Shown here: positions 24,764-27,742 of the stretch, in pieces | How positions within the stretch are numbered: the stretch's first letter is position 1 | Layout of the letters: every line of letters starts with the position of its first letter | Origin: a virus | Lineage: Duplodnaviria; Caudoviricetes | Virus record (IMG/VR): IMGVR_UViG_3300037330_000002 | Span: 1-27,742 of that record | Strand: one strand, 5' to 3' | DNA: 27,742 nucleotides | The notes under the pieces: model-generated | Databases searched by the model: none | What the model saw: the letters and a program-made list of their open reading frames with translations, nothing else | Told to the model about the DNA's origin: nothing | Translations under genes and position numbers: made by a program

Positions 24764-27112
24764 TTAACCCTTCCTATATCGTTTGCCACGCCAGCCACCG
24801 GCGGCGCGTATTGGCCAATCTGACCCCCATGGCGGCATTGTTGCCATAATTCGCTCAAACTCTTCTATTGAGCCTGTTCCTTGTACTACTTCGCTTACAA
24901 TTTCATCGTGAACGTGCAGGGCGATAGCATACCCAGCGCGCTCTACGTTTTTCATGGCAAACGTTAATATGTCCCGTGCTATCGCTTGAACAACATTCTC
25001 ACACAGTTTGCCGCCGTAGGTTTCCATACGCATCCAGCCTTGTGGGCCCTTCTTATAGTCCGAATTCCAACCCATGTATGTGAGTTTTAAAACAGGTTTT
25101 CCCCACGGTGTCGTATCGGGGTGTAGTCTCGGCTGATGATAGGATAATTTACGACCACTCAATAACTGGCAGTATAAAACGTCGTCTTTAACGCCATAAG
25201 TTAACCCGTTGTAGGCGTAACAAGTGCCGGGGTTTTGCACTGCAGCGGTGGCCGCATCCTGTAACCCGTACCAAAACTTAACTATCATCGGCGATTCTTT
25301 GCGCCAAGCTTTTATTGACTCGCGGATCTCTTCCTCATTCATGTACTTGTCAGCGCCAAAAGCAACGCAAGCACCGTAGCCCCCTTGATACCCTAAAGCC
25401 AGTTCGTTTACTTTCCCTTTTTTACGTAGCGGGTGATGATCGCCAGTGTCTTTTTTATACTGGATCAAGTCTTCGAACGGCACGCCGGATATTTTAGCGG
25501 CCGACATTTCGTAAATTTTGCCATGCGTGCGAAAAACGTCTATGCGCCATTGCTCGCCCGACAACATAGCCAAGACCACGGCTTCGATAGCGGAGTAGTC
25601 CGAACAAATAAAGTCGCAACCGGGCGCAGCGGAAAACAAGCCGCGCAGACAGCCAGAGACAGCCGCTATCGCGTCGCCGAAGTAATGCTCTACCATTTTA
25701 AGGTCTTTCGACGCTATGACTTTGAGCGCGTCATTTACCGCGTCTATGCCCCACTCAGCGGGTTTTGCAAAGCTGAGGGCGGAACGACACCAAGGGCATT
25801 CTTTTAAATGTGGCGAATAGTGCAGCTCGCAACGGCACAGCACAACCTCAGGGCCGCTGTTTGGTAAGTTCTGTGGCTGCGGTCCTCTGCCAGCAAAGCG
25901 CCCCGTACGGTCAGCGCCGCAGAACGCGAAAAGGTCTCTTAATCGCCCATCGGCAGATCGGCGGCGGTCTATTGCAAACAGTTTTTTAACACTGGCCGCG
26001 CCTATTAACGCGCGTATTTCTAAAACACGTTTAACAGCGGCGCAATTCGGGAGATTTGAAAGTTCAAGCGCGTCTAGTATGTCTACTTGATGGACGTTGT
26101 TTTCTTGCGCTAATACGTCAAGCGTATGAGGGTCATTTTCAGATATTAATTGGCCCGCGAGTTTATCTATTAAATCAAATTTTTTAAGTTTACTAGCTAC
26201 GTGATCGGCATCTAAACTAGACATATGCAGTCCGTTAGCGCCAAGCCAGCCAACCATTTTCCCAATCTCGCCCGCGCTTTGAACCGTGCCACCCGTTATT
26301 GCTATTAATTCGGCGGTATACCGTTCGAATGCCTGCTTAACTATTGCTAGGCAATTATTAAGGCCGTCAGAGTCAATGTGTACACCTCTCAGGTTGATGC
26401 ACTGGTCAAGTAGCCATAACTCTAGTTCATCGGGGCTTAAGTCCGGTATAAGCGCGGACACGGCAGATTCCGCTTTAATGTCACCTACGTTATAGCTGTA
26501 GAGTTTTGGTCCGTCGTCGTGGTCCTCTTCTGGCCTTATGCGCGTTCGAGGGTCTTTTTTAGTCGGATTATGTGGCTTACAAAACTTATTAATTAAGCGT
26601 TTTCCGTCGTCAATTTTTTGATCCGTTACTTCTAATACTTGAGCTAGCTTGCCAAGTTGACCGGGTAATGAAAATGCCCTCGCTTTGGCCATTGAATCCC
26701 GTAGCAACCAGTAAGGCAATGCAGGCCATCCCATGCGAGCATGACAAACGTTAGACCATATGTGCCACTCGAAAGCGCTGTTGTGGGCTTCGAGTAGGCC
26801 GAGTTTGGCGATATGTTCGAATAGTTTAACAGGCGGGGGCATGAACGAAAGCCACATTCTTGCGCCTTGGCCGTCTTTTAGATCATACGCCAAGCTAAGC
26901 ACTTCGGTCGATGGATGCTCAGAGTACGCAGAAGCGCCAACCGCGCCCAATCCGTGCGGAGGCGACTTAGTTATCGATACCCATTTGTTAAGCTCGGGGT
27001 CCCACACGTAGCCCGCTTCGCTATAGGTTTCGAAGTCTAGGTCTGGCAGCACGGTTGAAAAACCGCAACCGGCGGGTAAGCGGTGCCCGGCTAACAGCGT
27101 CAAGGCGGTCAT
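24764..27112 (-). CDS. Phage DNA polymerase, family A, with 3'-5' exonuclease domain
   Basis: Exo I DLDFETYS, Exo II AHNSAFE, Exo III YNVGD; RTGRFAG..QPQNLP; motif A DYSAIE, motif B RKKGKVNELALGY, motif C HVHDEIV. Confidence 0.95.
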   Translation of the reverse strand: MTALTLLAGHRLPAGCGFSTVLPDLDFETYSEAGYVWDPELNKWVSITKSPPHGLGAVGASAYSEHPSTEVLSLAYDLKDGQGARMWLSFMPPPVKLFEHIAKLGLLEAHNSAFEWHIWSNVCHARMGWPALPYWLLRDSMAKARAFSLPGQLGKLAQVLEVTDQKIDDGKRLINKFCKPHNPTKKDPRTRIRPEEDHDDGPKLYSYNVGDIKAESAVSALIPDLSPDELELWLLDQCINLRGVHIDSDGLNNCLAIVKQAFERYTAELIAITGGTVQSAGEIGKMVGWLGANGLHMSSLDADHVASKLKKFDLIDKLAGQLISENDPHTLDVLAQENNVHQVDILDALELSNLPNCAAVKRVLEIRALIGAASVKKLFAIDRRRSADGRLRDLFAFCGADRTGRFAGRGPQPQNLPNSGPEVVLCRCELHYSPHLKECPWCRSALSFAKPAEWGIDAVNDALKVIASKDLKMVEHYFGDAIAAVSGCLRGLFSAAPGCDFICSDYSAIEAVVLAMLSGEQWRIDVFRTHGKIYEMSAAKISGVPFEDLIQYKKDTGDHHPLRKKGKVNELALGYQGGYGACVAFGADKYMNEEEIRESIKAWRKESPMIVKFWYGLQDAATAAVQNPGTCYAYNGLTYGVKDDVLYCQLLSGRKLSYHQPRLHPDTTPWGKPVLKLTYMGWNSDYKKGPQGWMRMETYGGKLCENVVQAIARDILTFAMKNVERAGYAIALHVHDEIVSEVVQGTGSIEEFERIMATMPPWGSDWPIRAAGGWRGKRYRKG

Positions 27113-27114
27113 AA

Positions 27115-27357
27115 TTATAGCCCTTCCTTGTCAGAGTCTAGCGCCTTACTAGGGCCGAATATAAAACGCATAGCGTGAAATGTGGCTTTGAGTTTGCGTA
27201 TAAAACCCATGTTTCGCACCACAATGTAGGTTGCATTTTTAACGCCGCCGGGTGCTGCGCTTTTAACACGGCCTTTTATCAGATCGTCATTGTGGGTTAG
27301 GATTAGATCCCCGCGTAAATCTAGGATCTGTTTTCCGCCTCGTTTATAGAAATACAT
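27115..27357 (-). CDS. Hypothetical protein, 80 aa
   Basis: GAGGTG RBS; stop lies 2 nt before the polymerase ATG. Confidence 0.65.
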   Translation of the reverse strand: MYFYKRGGKQILDLRGDLILTHNDDLIKGRVKSAAPGGVKNATYIVVRNMGFIRKLKATFHAMRFIFGPSKALDSDKEGL

Positions 27358-27373
27358 ATGTCACCTCTAAATT

Positions 27374-27397
27374 AAAAAAGACCCGCCGAAGCGGGCC
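27374..27397 (-). terminator. Intrinsic terminator
   Basis: On the - strand: GGCCCGC-TTCG-GCGGGTC followed by TTTTTT. Confidence 0.85.
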
Positions 27398-27410
27398 AAG
27401 GTCGGAGAAA

Positions 27411-27742
27411 CTACGCGCGCGGCAATGCTTCTATTTGCGCCGCGGTGTAATTAAATGACAACAATTCCGCTTCGGTCCACCCGTTTCCGTTTGCGTCAAG
27501 GTATTTCACCTCGGCGGGTGCTGGTGCTGGTGCTGGTGCTGGTGCTGGTGCTGGTCCCTTCAAAAAGTCAGGCGCGGGCGCAACGTCGCTAGGCGGGGCT
27601 TGTGCTGGACCTTGATCGGGCGGAGCCATCGCAGGGCCTTGAGCGGGCGGAGCCATCGCAGGGCCTTGAGCTAACGGTGCGGAACCGGCTAAAGGCGTAA
27701 CGCTTGCACCGGGCGGCAGTGCTGCGGCGGGTGACGCACCGA
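27411..27742 (-). CDS. 3' end of a gene truncated by the window edge; Pro/Ala-rich tail, possibly a phage ssDNA-binding protein
   Basis: Frame open from the window end (GASPAAALPPGASVTPLAGSAPLAQGPAMAPP...); SSB call rests only on position upstream of the polymerase and the following terminator. Confidence 0.5.
   Translation of the reverse strand, partial: GASPAAALPPGASVTPLAGSAPLAQGPAMAPPAQGPAMAPPDQGPAQAPPSDVAPAPDFLKGPAPAPAPAPAPAPAEVKYLDANGNGWTEAELLSFNYTAAQIEALPRA
27517..27555. repeat. (GGTGCT)6-GGT microsatellite encoding a Pro-Ala run
   Basis: Perfect hexamer repeat read directly. Confidence 0.95.
27618..27671. repeat. Perfect 27-bp tandem duplication (AQGPAMAPP x2)
   Basis: GGGCGGAGCCATCGCAGGGCCTTGAGC occurs at 27618-27644 and 27645-27671. 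Confidence 0.95.

Noticed and set aside
25315-27011. + strand ORFs opposite the polymerase
   Set aside because: Short antisense shadows without RBS or motif support
24764-27112. DpoZ-type (2-aminoadenine) polymerase, or an intein in the polymerase
   Set aside because: No purZ or related genes in the window and no diagnostic residues I can verify; the insertions lack intein splice-junction motifs and are too short
27517-27671. CRISPR-like array
   Set aside because: Repeats are directly tandem without spacers and lie in frame within a coding sequence
1-27742. Polarised canonical KOPS (GGGNAGGG) sites, tRNA genes or an integrase
   Set aside because: None noticed on reading by eye; a computational scan is needed to exclude them

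Overview
The window is a 27.7-kb piece of a dsDNA myovirus (phage or prophage) genome. On the + strand (about 84-24628) it carries a complete late region: a lambda-type packaging/head module (terminase small and large subunits, gpW, portal, S49 protease with nested scaffold, decoration protein, major capsid protein), a Mu-type contractile tail (sheath, tube, frameshifted chaperone, tape measure, Mu gp43-48-like baseplate), two receptor-binding proteins with paralogous anchors, and a GH108 endolysin with holin-like genes. On the - strand, converging on it, are a family A DNA polymerase (Leu at the 762-equivalent position), small ORFs and the Pro/Ala-rich 3' end of a truncated gene. The most unusual observations are: (i) an apparent FtsK gamma (KOPS-reading winged helix) domain inside the terminase small subunit; (ii) two period-7 repeat tracts in the gp48-like baseplate protein, matching the presence of two fibres with a shared anchor; (iii) a multi-way RNA-switch-like leader on the frameshifted tail chaperone gene; (iv) a three-gene lectin-like cassette between the tape measure and baseplate genes. 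All family assignments come from motif recognition and gene order by eye; no database search was run.
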